NCBI GenBank assembly: GCA_900088475.1
Contig: FLMG01002424.1
Coordinates: 1 to 64,000 of the forward strand
Source: Hyphochytrium catenoides
Lineage: Eukaryota; Protista; Hyphochytriomycota
Direction: 5' to 3'
DNA length: 64,000 nucleotides
Of the stretch, positions 1 to 11,079 are shown in pieces (within the stretch, counting starts at the first letter, position 1; every line of letters starts with the position of its first letter). The notes below the pieces were generated by a model that was not told where the DNA came from, searched no databases, and saw only the letters and a program-made list of their open reading frames with translations. The position numbers and the translations under genes are program-made.

Positions 1-415
1 AGTTTCTCCGCTTTTTAGTTTCTCCAACCAGTAACTAAATAAAAGTGCTTTAGGAAGGGTAATAACATGTACAGGGGTTCCCCAGGAGTTCCCTACCAAT
101 GTGTTCCGTGAAAGAGATTTTGTCCGCCTCCTCCGTGTGCTCCGTCCCGAAGGATTCAGAAGAGATTCTTTCAACCTCCTCAATGACAAACGACGCCTTC
201 ATTGTCGCCCAGACAGCGGTCCCTCCTCTTGGTCTTCTTCTTGTCGTCAAGGGGAATGGGCAAGCATTATATAAAGAGAGATGGGCCGGCCAACGTGGAA
301 GGAGAGGTATGCTAACCTAGATAGTCTGACGACAACGTGACCCAATGCCATTGCACGACAACTGGTGACCGGCGGCACAAGTGGCGGTGGCAGCAAGGAA
401 GTGCATGTAATCGTC

Positions 416-1769
416 ATGTCATGGAAGTCGTCACGATCGCTGTTGCTACTCTTCGCGGTCTGCGTCTGTACCACTTTCCTCTTCAATGGCTCCTACCTCT
501 TTGCAGATGTTCTAAAGACCTCGTATAGAGGTGTGACGGTCTTCATCCGAGATGTCGGCTATGTCACACGGCCGCTATGGGACAGTCCTCCTGCATCGTA
601 CCCAACCGTCATTCCGCACTTCTACTCACCTGGACTAAGTCTGAAAGAACGATGCCAGCTCCATGGCTGGAACTATGACGGCGAGGGATCAGTTCAGACT
701 CTCAAGTCTGCGAAGAAGACCGCGCGGAGAAGGCAGGTTTTTGACGCGATAATATTCAATAACGAGCTCGATTTTCTGGAGATACGGCTCCGAGAGCTCT
801 ATGATGTTGTTGATTTCTTCGTTATTCTGGAGTCAAACACCTCCTTTGCAGGTAACAAGCGATGAGGGCCTTGGAGTCTGGTCAGCACCCTGACGCCTGC
901 CTTGCACCCTGACGCCTGCCTTCATTCCTTTTCGCCAAATGACAGGTCAGCCAAAGCCATTCTTTTACCTTAAGAATCAGAAGCGGTTTGAGTTTGCCCA
1001 GAATAAGATATTGCACAAGGCCATAGCGGGTGTTGTCCGTGGTCCCGGGGAGTCACCATGGAAGAATGAAGGTTCTAGCCGAGCTGCTATGGAGATGTTT
1101 CTGCGTCGCTCGACACCCATCAGAGATGGTGATATCCTCATCACTGCTGATGCAGATGAGCTGCCTTCTGCTGAAGCCATTGAGCTCTTACGGTCATGCG
1201 ATGGCGTCCCCTTTCCTCTAAACCTGGAGCTCTCTAATTTTCTTTACTCTTTTGAGTTTGAGACAAGCACAAAGAATACTGCAGTGAGTCTCAAGCTCTG
1301 GCACAGCTCCTCAACTGTGTACGCTCACGGACGTGCCAGTGACAACCTCTTTGCAGATGCGGGATGGCACTGCAGCTTCTGCTTTCGATATATAGAAGAC
1401 TTTGTTCTCAAAATGCAAGGCTATTCGCATAACGATCGCGTGACCTCGGACCATCTGCTACGCCCCGATGTCATTCAGACGACGATATGTGACGGAGGAG
1501 ACATCTTCAACATGTTTCCGGAAGCGTATTCCTACAAGGACTTTATCAACCAGATTGGTAACATTCCTCGCTCTAAGTCTGCGACACAGCTGCCTTCCGC
1601 AGTGCTCAAGGACCCGCAAAGGTTTCGCTATTTACTCCCTGGCAACTGTGTCCGCGAAGTGGCTCCTACTGCTGCTGCTCAAGATCTGGAGAATGCTAGC
1701 TCCTCTAAGGATAATAGAGAGACTGAGAAAGGGATGACCAGCAAGATCTCAAATTTTAGGCCAGTCTAG
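416..1769 (+). CDS. Glycosyltransferase family 17 (beta-1,4-mannosyl-glycoprotein 4-beta-N-acetylglucosaminyltransferase, GnT-III/MGAT3-like), type II membrane protein; 2 exons (416-851, 946-1769)
   Basis: N-terminal hydrophobic anchor, then TRPLWDSPP, RQVFDAIIFNNELDFLEIRLRELYDVVDFFVILESN, DILITADADELP (DxD) and AGWHCSFCFRYIEDFVLKMQGYSHNDR, all typical of GT17. Phase-1 intron 852-945 (GCAG|GTAACA...GACAG|GT) joins the two ORFs as FAG-QPKP. Confidence 0.92.
885..922 (+). repeat. Perfect 19-bp tandem duplication (GCACCCTGACGCCTGCCTT x2) in the GT17 intron
   Basis: Read directly: 885-903 and 904-922. Each unit contains a CCTGAC branch-point-like motif. Confidence 0.9.
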
Positions 1770-3172
1770 AAGAACTTTGCAACCGGAGGCTTGCTGTTCC
1801 TTCGTGGTCGCTTACTTAGCTTGCAAAGATTGTAGGGCTTGGGAAGAGAGCGTAACCGAGAGAAGAGACTGGAACTCGAAGCCTTAGTGGATCCCAATGA
1901 AGATAAAGTTAGAGTCACTCAACCCCTTGACTCATTTCAACCCCTTTCTCTTCCTTTTATAGCAGTGGTCAAGAAGAGTCTCTGCCCTTTGCTGTGCTGG
2001 GCAACCTCAGTTCAGATTGACTGCTTTATGAGGAGTGAAGGGAGAGTATGAGGGCAGAGACAGAGAAGCAAGGGCACGGAGCACACAGATAGAACTTCTC
2101 GATAGGTTACAAGACGCAAAGTGGAGAAGTGAGCGGAGAGGGAAAAAAGAGAGCGACTTTTAATGAGAATACATAGGCAGAGAGAGAGAGAGTAGAGAGA
2201 ATATATAGGCAGAGAGAGAGAGAAAGGTTGGCTGTTAGAACTACCTCTTCGCGGCGAAGAGAATCATAAGGCGGTGTTACCTCGATATAAACAGCAAACG
2301 GAGGAAAGTGTCCCTCTCTTCTTTGAAGGCTTATGTAGGTTTCTAAGAAACAGAGAGTGCTACGACTAGTCAAAGAAAAAGAAGAGGGAGAAGAAGAAGA
2401 AGGGGACGAGGAACAAGAATATGGAACAAGAAGATGAAGACGAAGAGACTGAAGACGAGGCAAGAGGGCAAGAGCTACAGAGTCCGGGACTCTTTCTCAA
2501 CACGCTCTCTTCCTCCACGCACCATCATTATCGGAAGAGGAAGAAGAATCATAAGTTGAACTCTTCCGCCATAACGATAGGAAACGGAGGAGGAGAAGAA
2601 GGAGAAGAGTGGCGTGAGACCATCATCATCACGCTCAATCATGCAAGCCAGAGCGGGGTCCAACTGCTGAACAGAAATACGCTTCAGAATCTGTAGCGCA
2701 TTCTCTCATGAATGGCGAAAGAGATCCTGGTGTGAAGACTCAGAGCCTTTGCCAACCGTGCCCCATGAGCTAGAGGTCGAGAAGCTTCAAGAGCGGCACG
2801 ATCACTCTGAAGCTTCACGACGAGTTGTTCCACGCAGTCGAAGACATAGCGCATAGCACAACCAGAAGACTCCCAAAGACTAGCGGCACAAACTGCAGCC
2901 CAACAGCCTGACGAAGACCGTCATAGGTTCTTAACCTCGCTTTCTCAGACAAGCGACCTTGATCGCCGGCATGGATTGCCGCCGAAGCCTTGACGGACAC
3001 ATCAAAGGCCGTGTAGAACTACGAGTACTGACAAGCAGTTTTGAAGAGGAAGCTACGAACCAACAAATCTCCAGCCTTCTGATTGGAGCTGGGAAGAAGA
3101 AGCTGGTGACATGGTGGCGAGGTTCGCGAGAGACTTTGAGACAGCTTTTGAGGCCAGAGTCCAAAGAAAAGC

Positions 3173-3542
3173 ATGAGGGCGTATGTTGTCGCACTTGTTT
3201 TGGCCAGCTTCGTGTGCCCTTTTGATGGCGTGATGTGTCTCCGCTCTTGAATTTCAAATAGAAAGATCTACGTGACGCGTCTCCCCGGTGCTAAGGTGCT
3301 ATTTTGGAAGCAACCGTTCTCCCTTTTTTCTCCTCTCTCTCTTCTCTCTTTCTCTCTCTCCCCTTCTCTCTCTTTCTCTTTCTCCCTCTGTGTCTCTCTC
3401 TCCTCTCTCCGGAGAGAGTCCAGGGCTGCAGGTGCACGATGGCGGTTCTTGCCTGGGAGTCCATACATGGACTTTTCTTTCTGAATCTGTAGCGTACGTG
3501 ATGAGACAGAGAGAGAGTGTGAGAAGACAAGAGAGAGAAAGA

Positions 3543-3579
<37 letters not shown>

Positions 3580-4226
3580 AAGAGAGAGAGAAGGGAGAAG
3601 AGCAAATGCAGCGGGAGCGCTAGGAGGAGGAGAGAGCAAAGGCACGGACAGAGAGAAGAACCGGCAAAAGATCTTCGAAACATAGTTGCTCCTTGCAAAA
3701 AAAGAGCTGTTCTCTGCCCACACATTCTCCCTCCTTTGTTATTGGATGATCCTCTTGGCACCCTTGCACAGCCTCGTCAAGGCGAGACACAAGGAAAGAG
3801 GCGGCGAGAGAGGGGAGAGGAGAAACAGAGGAGAATGGCGTGAGGAGAAGAGGGAGGTGAAGAGCAAAGCATTCCGTGAATAAAGGATTTGTTCTGAAGC
3901 AACCACTCGCTTCAGCATTCTTATAAACTCGTGTCCAAGGACTTAGCTGCTACGGGCTGACTCTTACTCTTTAGGCCAGCTGACCTGAAATTCGCTAGCA
4001 ATGAGTGAGCAAGCGAGGGAGCGAGAGCGAGAGAGAGTGAGAGAAAAAGAGAGAGAGTGAGAGAGAAAAAAAGAGAGAGGGAGAGCGAGCGGTTAGACCA
4101 TGAGAAACAGAGAGACGAGAAGCGGTTAGATCGACCGCGGAGACGGTTAGAACCTTTACCAAGATCTTGGATCCGCTGTTCTTCCGATTCTCCTGTTCCC
4201 TTTCTTCTCTTTCTCTCTCTCTCTCT

Positions 4227-4282
<56 letters not shown>

Positions 4283-4394
4283 CATCTGTCTATTTCTCTT
4301 TTTCTTCTCCGCCTTAACAACCATCAGCCTCTACCGCAAGATCTTTCTCATTAGAGGATTCTCCAGACATCTCGCAACGGAAGCCTTCGGATAA
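3173..4394 (+). other. Candidate spliced small ORF (66 aa; exons 3173-3180, 3262-3295, 3432-3493, 3975-4004, 4328-4394), or a 33-aa variant starting at ATG 3835; may instead be the 3' end of a decayed gene
   Basis: Phase-compatible GT-AG junctions (donors GTATGT, GTGCTA, GTACGT, GTGAGC; acceptors AATAG, TGCAG, TTTAG after CTGAC, ATCAG after CTTAAC) give MRAKIYVTRLPGAKVHDGGSCLGVHTWTFLSESVAPADLKFASNDLYRKIFLIRGFSRHLATEAFG*. No homology recognised. Confidence 0.35.
4200..4280 (+). repeat. (CT)n microsatellite, representative of many GA/CT tracts (others at ~3320-3410, 3505-3600, 4905-4946, 5070-5150, 5355-5410, 14455-14520, 14730-14870, 20870-20970, 45865-45929, 50240-50311, 50520-50600, 59008-59125)
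   Basis: Dinucleotide runs read directly. They explain most of the poly-SL/poly-ER ORFs in the ORF track. Confidence 0.97.
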
Positions 4395-4428
4395 ATACTA
4401 CGAGGCAGATAGGACGAGACCGACGACA

Positions 4429-4915
4429 ATGTTGGCGATGAGAAGAGCCTTGATCAAGGAGAAAGTCTCCTCGTTTCCACTCTTAACGCAGAAGAGAAAG
4501 TACTCTTTACGCTTTCTCTCTTCTGCTTCTCCCTCTCCTCCACCCTCTTCCCCTTCGGCTTCTTCCACCCATCAGAACCAACTTCTAGCTGTGGGAGCTG
4601 CAGTGGGCTTCTTAGGAGGATGGATGGCCTTCTCTCTCTTCTCCAGGAGACAGAAAGAGAGTGAAGAAACACCCGGAGGGCCCGTGAGTTTGAAGAAGAG
4701 AGCGCTGGATGCGGGAGCGGATGTGGTTCAGAAGTTTGCACCACTGAAGAGCGTGCACTCTCATCTTCATGGCTGGCACTTCTACAACGGAGACATCAAA
4801 AGACAGGTAAGAGAATCATTATGATGGTTCATAAAGTGAGGGAGTTGTCCTGAAGGAATTGCAAAAAAGGAGATGGAAGAAGAAGAGTGGAGATCGTCGG
4901 AAAAGAGAGAGAAAA

Positions 4916-4946
<31 letters not shown>

Positions 4947-5080
4947 TCTAGGCATGAACGACTTGACCAGGCAGGATGGGGGTAAGGGCCTGTGAGCGTT
5001 AGGGGAAAACTCACACACCTTCCCTTGTTTCGTTTCCGCTTCCGTTCTCTTTCTACTACGCCGCCTCATCTCTCTTTCTT

Positions 5081-5124
<44 letters not shown>

Positions 5125-5357
5125 CCTCATCCTCGTCTCTCTCTCTCCCTCTTTAAATATCTGCAGGTGTCGGCGCACCACTTCTGTGGGCACTTGACCA
5201 ACGACGTTCATCAGTGTATCATCTATGATGGAGACGGACCTGACGCGCGTCTGATCGGCGTGGAGTACATCATCACCAAAGAACTCTTCAGTGCGCTCCC
5301 TGACGATGAGAAGCCATACTGGCACTCCCACGTCCACGAGGTATAACAGGGCTCTCG

Positions 5358-5412
<55 letters not shown>

Positions 5413-5947
5413 CAGCTCGCTCTCTTTATTGGAGTATTTGTGGTGCTCGTTCTCCTCTCTCTCTGTCTCTCTCTTTCTACCTGCTGAGCTGTGCTCTTGT
5501 TCCTCTCCGTTGATCTCTTTGCCTGCTGATCCTCTCTTTCTTCTCACTCTTTCTCTCTCTCTCTCGTCCCTCTTGTCCCACACTCTTGTTCCCTCACAGG
5601 TAAGATCGGGAACTCTTGTTGGTCCTGGTCTCTCTGAAGGCGCAGAGAATGCGCTAATGAGAGAATATGTCGATACCTATGGCAAGACAATCCACACCTG
5701 GCAGATAGACAGAGGAGACCCTCTCCCTCTTGGCCCTCCTCAACTAATGATGGCCTTCACGAAGGACGGACAGATAGACCCGAGGCTCTTGGAAGAGAGA
5801 AAGAGGGAGAGAGGCATTGACACAATGGAAGTACGGAAGAGAAGAGAGCCATTGCTGCCCAATCCTCCCGTCGCCAAGGGGGCCGACGCGTGGGAGAAAG
5901 GGAACGTTGTGCAGCTTGTCCCTCAGAAGGTCAAGCCCAGGTCTTAA
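4429..5947 (+). CDS. DUF1264 / oil-body-associated protein (OBAP) family protein; 3 exons (4429-4806, 5167-5340, 5600-5947)
   Basis: Spliced product reads [26 protein letters not shown]|[36 protein letters not shown]...[11 protein letters not shown]|VRSGTL...[28 protein letters not shown], the hallmark DUF1264 motifs. Both introns are phase 0 GT-AG. The N-terminus is R/S/L-rich (presequence-like) and followed by one TM helix. Confidence 0.92.
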
Positions 5948-6595
5948 AGCTCATAATGGAGCAGGAGTAAGAGAGAGAAGGACAGGCAGAGCCCAGACAG
6001 CCAGCGACGACTAGGATGCACGGAAGAAGAATTCCATACTTTGTTACCCTTTTATTCTGAGAAGGTAGAGCTATAAGGACCATACATAGCATTGTTGACA
6101 TCATAATTCAGCGCTTCCTGGAGGGACTTTGTGGTTTGGATTCTGTTGCTGGCGCGCTCTCTCTCTCTCTTGCCCTTGTTTTTTCTCTTTTGAGAAGGCC
6201 AAAGAGGCTTGACGTTTATTTGGTCATGACGTTTGGTCAGAAGCAATCTTTGAGACGGCAATGTGAAGACATTGCGAACGGAGCACGCTCTACCTCCTAG
6301 CTTTGGAAAAGACTGTAGCAGAGGCCAGGAAAGCAGTGGAAATGGCCATGGCCACCGTAGCTCTGCTCCCTTCTTTTCGAATGCTACTAGTAGGAGGTAG
6401 GAGGATGGCAAACTCAGGCTTGCCACCTGGCAGGCCGCATACGGTCCTTCCGACATACATGTCTCTCGCCGCTTCATACCTTCTGTATGTAATCCGGACA
6501 CTCCCCATTGACCAGCCGGCTCGCAGATGGATTAGCCGCGGCTGGAGGACGACAAGCAGTTGACCCTGAGGAGGGGTACGTTGCTACACCTTTCC

Positions 6596-7284
6596 TCACT
6601 GAGTGTGAGCCCAGATCCTTGACTGCAAGACCACGCAGGCTAACCTAAGCTCTTCCGCCACCTCTTGGCGTTCCAAGAACCTTTGAAGTGCCTTCCGGAA
6701 GCCGGAAGCGATCATACTTGCAGCCACCTGGAAACTCTTATCTGATTTGAAGCCATAGGAAAGCATAACTATAGCCTGTAAATACCAAGCGCAACTGTCG
6801 CTCATATTGCTGGGATTACTGGGCTGGCGTTGATGTGCCGCGGCTTCCGGGGGGGTCCTTCTCCGAACTGATCATTCTTCATCTGTGAGAAGATAATCCG
6901 CAAGAAGTCCTCGTGGAATGCCATAGTGTCAACGCAGACAGAGAACGCTTTGGCAGCTCCCGACATCAAGTTCCAGCCAACACTCAGGAAGGTTCACGCG
7001 GATAAGGGAACGGAGGTCCTTTCCGACTTGCAGTTGGCATCTTCTGCATTATTGCCTGTGGCTGTTCGTCGCTTCAAGCCCCGGGTAGTAGTGGCTCTGT
7101 AGCTCTCGTTTCCAGCGTCCTGGACATCGTCTGGCCACCGTCACGGCTGGCAGAGATTGAAGAGTGCTGCCCTTTGGTGGCCGCTGTAAGTGGAGAAGCT
7201 GGGTCTGCTGCCATGCCATCCTTTCTCTTCAAGGACACAATCCCAAGTGATGAAGTCTCGCGCCGTCAAGTCATCACACTCCAT
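6596..7284 (-). pseudogene. Possible decayed coding sequence of unknown family
   Basis: A minus-strand frame from ATG 7284 runs about 160 codons with only two internal TGA stops, then shifts into the 6596-6805 ORF. High-complexity sequence; no family recognised. Confidence 0.25.
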
Positions 7285-8340
7285 AGATAGGAGAGAGCCG
7301 TGTCAACCATAGAGCGTGAAGATTCGCCTTGCCTCTCCTGCTCTGTCCGCTAGATACGCGCCTGCCACTTCACTCCTTCTAACCCTCTTCTAACCCTAAC
7401 CCTAAGGAAAAGCATTGCTGAGCAGATGTTTGCACAAACAGCCATTGAACAAATCTCAGGATGGAGTTAGTTCTATTATTGTAAAGGGGTCCCCGTGTTG
7501 GCCCTGATTGAGTTACCTCAACCTCGACCTCCCAAGTTGATAGGTCCATAGTAAAGCACAGAACAAGTACTGTATCTCGAAAGACCTTTTCTAACAGATG
7601 TAGGTGTGGGAAAGGTAATTAGGCCTCGATAGGGGGAGCAAGGCCTAAATATTTCTCACAAGGACAGATAGGCTGCTACACGAACTGAACCGGCTGCATT
7701 CGTTCTACCAGTATCCTTACTACTTTTATTTACTACTGTACGATGGGCGGAACGCATGTCCCACGTCCTACCAAACCTCTGTCCATTCTCCACCATTCCT
7801 AATTATTGGTTAATATCTGTCTGTGGTAATAACGCAAGCACCGTTTTGGACGTCCTATCCTACTCCTCCCAAAGGCCTAAAAGAGGCCTAATAAATATAA
7901 CTGTTAAAATAATAAAATGCGTTGGTCATTTCCTCTTTGTTATTGATGGGTTCGTCGACTACTAGAACTAGTTCTAGTCAGTGTCGTTTCTTCATTCTTC
8001 TCATCGTCTTCCCTGGCGCCCAAGCTCACTATTATTATAAGCAATAAGCTGCATAATAAGCCGCAAAAGAAAGACTTTTGAAGATTCTGTCTTCAATAAT
8101 TATAAAGAGTAGTTCTACCTGCTGCTGCTTGCTGCTGGGCGGGAGACTGGAAGAGGGAGATGAAGCAACCTTCCCCAGGCACATTATTATCGCCAGAGTC
8201 CCAACGTCGGACCGACCTTGCTTAGGATAGGAACTGACAGGAGCAGGAAAGGGCGCGCACGGGCTGCCGCATATCTCTTCGGAGGAGCTGTCACGCCGCC
8301 GCGCCGCACAGACAGAGCGATCAAGAGAAGCTTACGAAGG

Positions 8341-9171
8341 ATGGACGGCATTCTAATCTTGGTTAGTCTTATCATCCTCCTGCTGCTGCTTCCTTTTATC
8401 TGCGTTGGCTTGGGAATGACCTTGAACTGGGGAGCGGACAACCCGCTCATCGCCAAGGGCAGCGCGGGCTTCCTCTGCGGCTGCATGCTCTCCTTCAGCA
8501 TAAATCTGATAATCTCCATAACAGAGACTGTGGACTTTTTAGGCGACAACTTCGTCACAACCCTTGGCTACATCTGTGGTCTCTACCTTCCTGGCTGCCT
8601 GGCGGCGGTAATCGTTCGCTGGTATCACGACACATGGCTTGCGGCCACCGTGGTGCGTGCGGGACCAGGGTTTTTGTGGGGTTTCCTGATACTTTTAGTA
8701 TTTGGCATAGCGGCTCTGGTGGCGAGCGCTGTCGGGGATGTGCCCTTGATATCAACTTATAGCTGGGGTCCGTTAGTGGTCTGGGCTTTGGCCATGGCGA
8801 TCGCCTACTTGCGCGCCAGAAAAGGGTGCTGCCAGGAGGATCAGCAGGACGCTCAGCATCCGCACGCAGTAGAGCGTTCCGCCTGCCACCACTTTATCTA
8901 TAGCATCTGCTGCTGGGGTGCTCTGATACTAGCCCTAACCACCTCCCTTCTCGCCAACTACGTTGTTGTGTCGATCGTGATCTCGTCCTCTGGTGAACTT
9001 GGCACTAGCTTCGTACCTTTAGCAGCTGGCGTCACCGCCGTCCTCCTGCTCTTCACTGCCGCTCTTGGCCGTTGTGGTTACCGCTCTCAATGCCGACGAC
9101 TGGACAGGAAGTTAGAGTCTGAAGCCGCCGCTACGCCCTACTTTGTGATTGCACATGTAGAGGCTGTATAA
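8341..9171 (+). CDS. Intronless orphan multi-pass membrane protein, ~276 aa, ~7 predicted TM helices
   Basis: First ATG (8341) of the 8218-9171 open frame. Seven hydrophobic segments by eye, with a polar loop (RARKGCCQEDQQDAQHPHAVERS) between TM5 and TM6. Confidence 0.7.
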   Translation: MDGILILVSLIILLLLLPFICVGLGMTLNWGADNPLIAKGSAGFLCGCMLSFSINLIISITETVDFLGDNFVTTLGYICGLYLPGCLAAVIVRWYHDTWLAATVVRAGPGFLWGFLILLVFGIAALVASAVGDVPLISTYSWGPLVVWALAMAIAYLRARKGCCQEDQQDAQHPHAVERSACHHFIYSICCWGALILALTTSLLANYVVVSIVISSSGELGTSFVPLAAGVTAVLLLFTAALGRCGYRSQCRRLDRKLESEAAATPYFVIAHVEAV

Positions 9172-11079
9172 TCAGGCAGGTGAGCCCTAGATATAAGCAG
9201 CGATCGCTCTGGAATAATAGAAGAAAGATAGACTATATCACAATTAAGAGAGTTATCGGGGCCCTAAAAAGCCTGTTCGGTCGTTACACTCGTCGGTCGT
9301 TGCTGCGCGTCAATCGGGAACTCAAGGCCCACAAGGCGAAAAGCTCGCCGCAGCTGCGTCCAGCGCCTCCTCTGTTACTAGCCCTTCTTCCTCTGCCCAG
9401 GCCCCTCCGTCCGCCTTCTCTCCCACTTCCTCTGCTGCCCGCCTAGGGTCTGTCAAACTTGGATCCAGTAGCCCTGCCATCCTACATGGCACCGACGTGG
9501 ATGGAGCTTTTCGCCGGCCCAATGTTAACCGCCAATCTCCCCGCTCTCTTCGGGTCCAGGGCGGTGCCACTTTTGGTTGCCCTCGCGCTCTCCCCTTTCT
9601 AAAAGACCATTCATCCGCCTCACCTAGTACACGCTGCGCTCATCGTTTGCAAGTGTAACAATCACGCTTCAGCATTGGCAGAACGTTCACAACTTCGAGG
9701 CTCTAAAAATCCTGTCCTTCTCTCCTTCCTATAACGACCTGGCCGTCAATTCTGACCCGTAGCTGTCTTCCAAGATCGTCAACATCATCGTGGCCACATT
9801 GCTTGTTGCCAGAATGCGGTGCTGGATCGGTCTCTCTCGGTGGACTTCTAATCCTTCGGCCTCTTCGTTAGTGTGTTGCTCTATCAGACCTTCCTGACGT
9901 CTCCTGTCCTACTGGTTCTTTTTAGGGTTTCTCTCTCTCTTTGGCTGCTAAGTTTCCCTCCTCTTCCTCAACCCCCCGACGAGGCGACCCTCTCTCATTT
10001 CCACTTACCTGCTATCAAGCCGCAAGATCCCGTCCTATGGGCTTGGCCAGTGCGCGGATTGTTTTTTGGCTCCGTCCTTTCTACTTCCCTTCTTCCAATG
10101 CTTCTCTTCCTTGGTCTCATTACCTTCCTCTTCCCCAAGTTTGTTTTCCCTAGTCCGCACACTCCGGAGGGCCCAAAGCAGCGTTCTCGGCCGCTAGAAA
10201 CACCAGTCGTTCAAATGGGCCCTAGATGATCACCTTTGATCGCTCGTGCGGTCTCTGTCAGCTTTGGTAATTCACCCACAAGCAAAGGCCTGGCTTCTGC
10301 CGGCTAAGTAGTGTCACGTTCTAACCTCCGGTGAGACTTCCAGCTGGCCGAGAAAGGCATCTTTGAGAACTGTTGATGTGCGCGCTCTGCACTGGTCGTA
10401 CTCTTTCCTCTCTTTCTAGGTGGGGACCTTTTGTCAGACGACTCAAGAGGCGGATGGATGACGGCTGGGGGCCTGTAGGGGTGGCGAGGTGGCTGAGATC
10501 GTCCGCGCTCTGGCCTCAACATACGCCCGTGAGCCATGAGTTCATAAGAAGGAAGAGCTCAAGCGCTGTCTATTGCGCTGGTTGAGCTCTTCGTCCTAAT
10601 CAGGGTCAGTAGCAAGGGTAACATGGTTAACGCTTAAATTATAATCATTCCATACAGTATCTTGTCTGGTCCGAAGTGGCGATGTGTGGAACCTGGGTTA
10701 TATTGTAAATCACTGTGCTATAGGGAACACAGTTAACCAGGGCTTCCGTGGGTTATCAACGCTTCAGGTTCAAGCTCTGCAACCTCAGCCGTGCGAGCTC
10801 ATCAAGAGCTCCATCCTGGCGTCAGAAAGGAGAAGATCTGACAGATCTCTAAGTGAAAATATTTGAGATGCTGTGAGCTCTGAGCTCGGAGGATGTGCAT
10901 CTGAGCAGCCTGGCAGTGCCAAGGGTGATGGTACCAGAGCTCACAAGGGATCCAAGAAGAATCAGCAGGCCAACGTCGCTCGACCGTCACGAAATCTTCC
11001 ACGGCCCTAGGTCTTACAAGACGACTGATCCTAACCTACGCAGCACCGAAGGACAGAAGTAAGGAGTTGCAAGGCAGCT

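Noticed and set aside
3268-5583. Many ORFs with poly-SL or poly-ER runs (also near 14368-14946, 45787-46260, 50434-50774, 58774-59278)
   Set aside because: Translations of (CT)n/(GA)n microsatellites, which have no stop codons; they fall in introns or spacers.
7380-7405. TAACCC repeats (TAACCCTAACCCTAA) resembling telomeric TTAGGG; similar at ~38728-38740
   Set aside because: Only about two units; expected by chance in 64 kb.
9320-10230. Possible 3' end of a non-LTR retrotransposon
   Set aside because: No RT, endonuclease or CCHC motif, poly(A) tail or target-site duplication identified.
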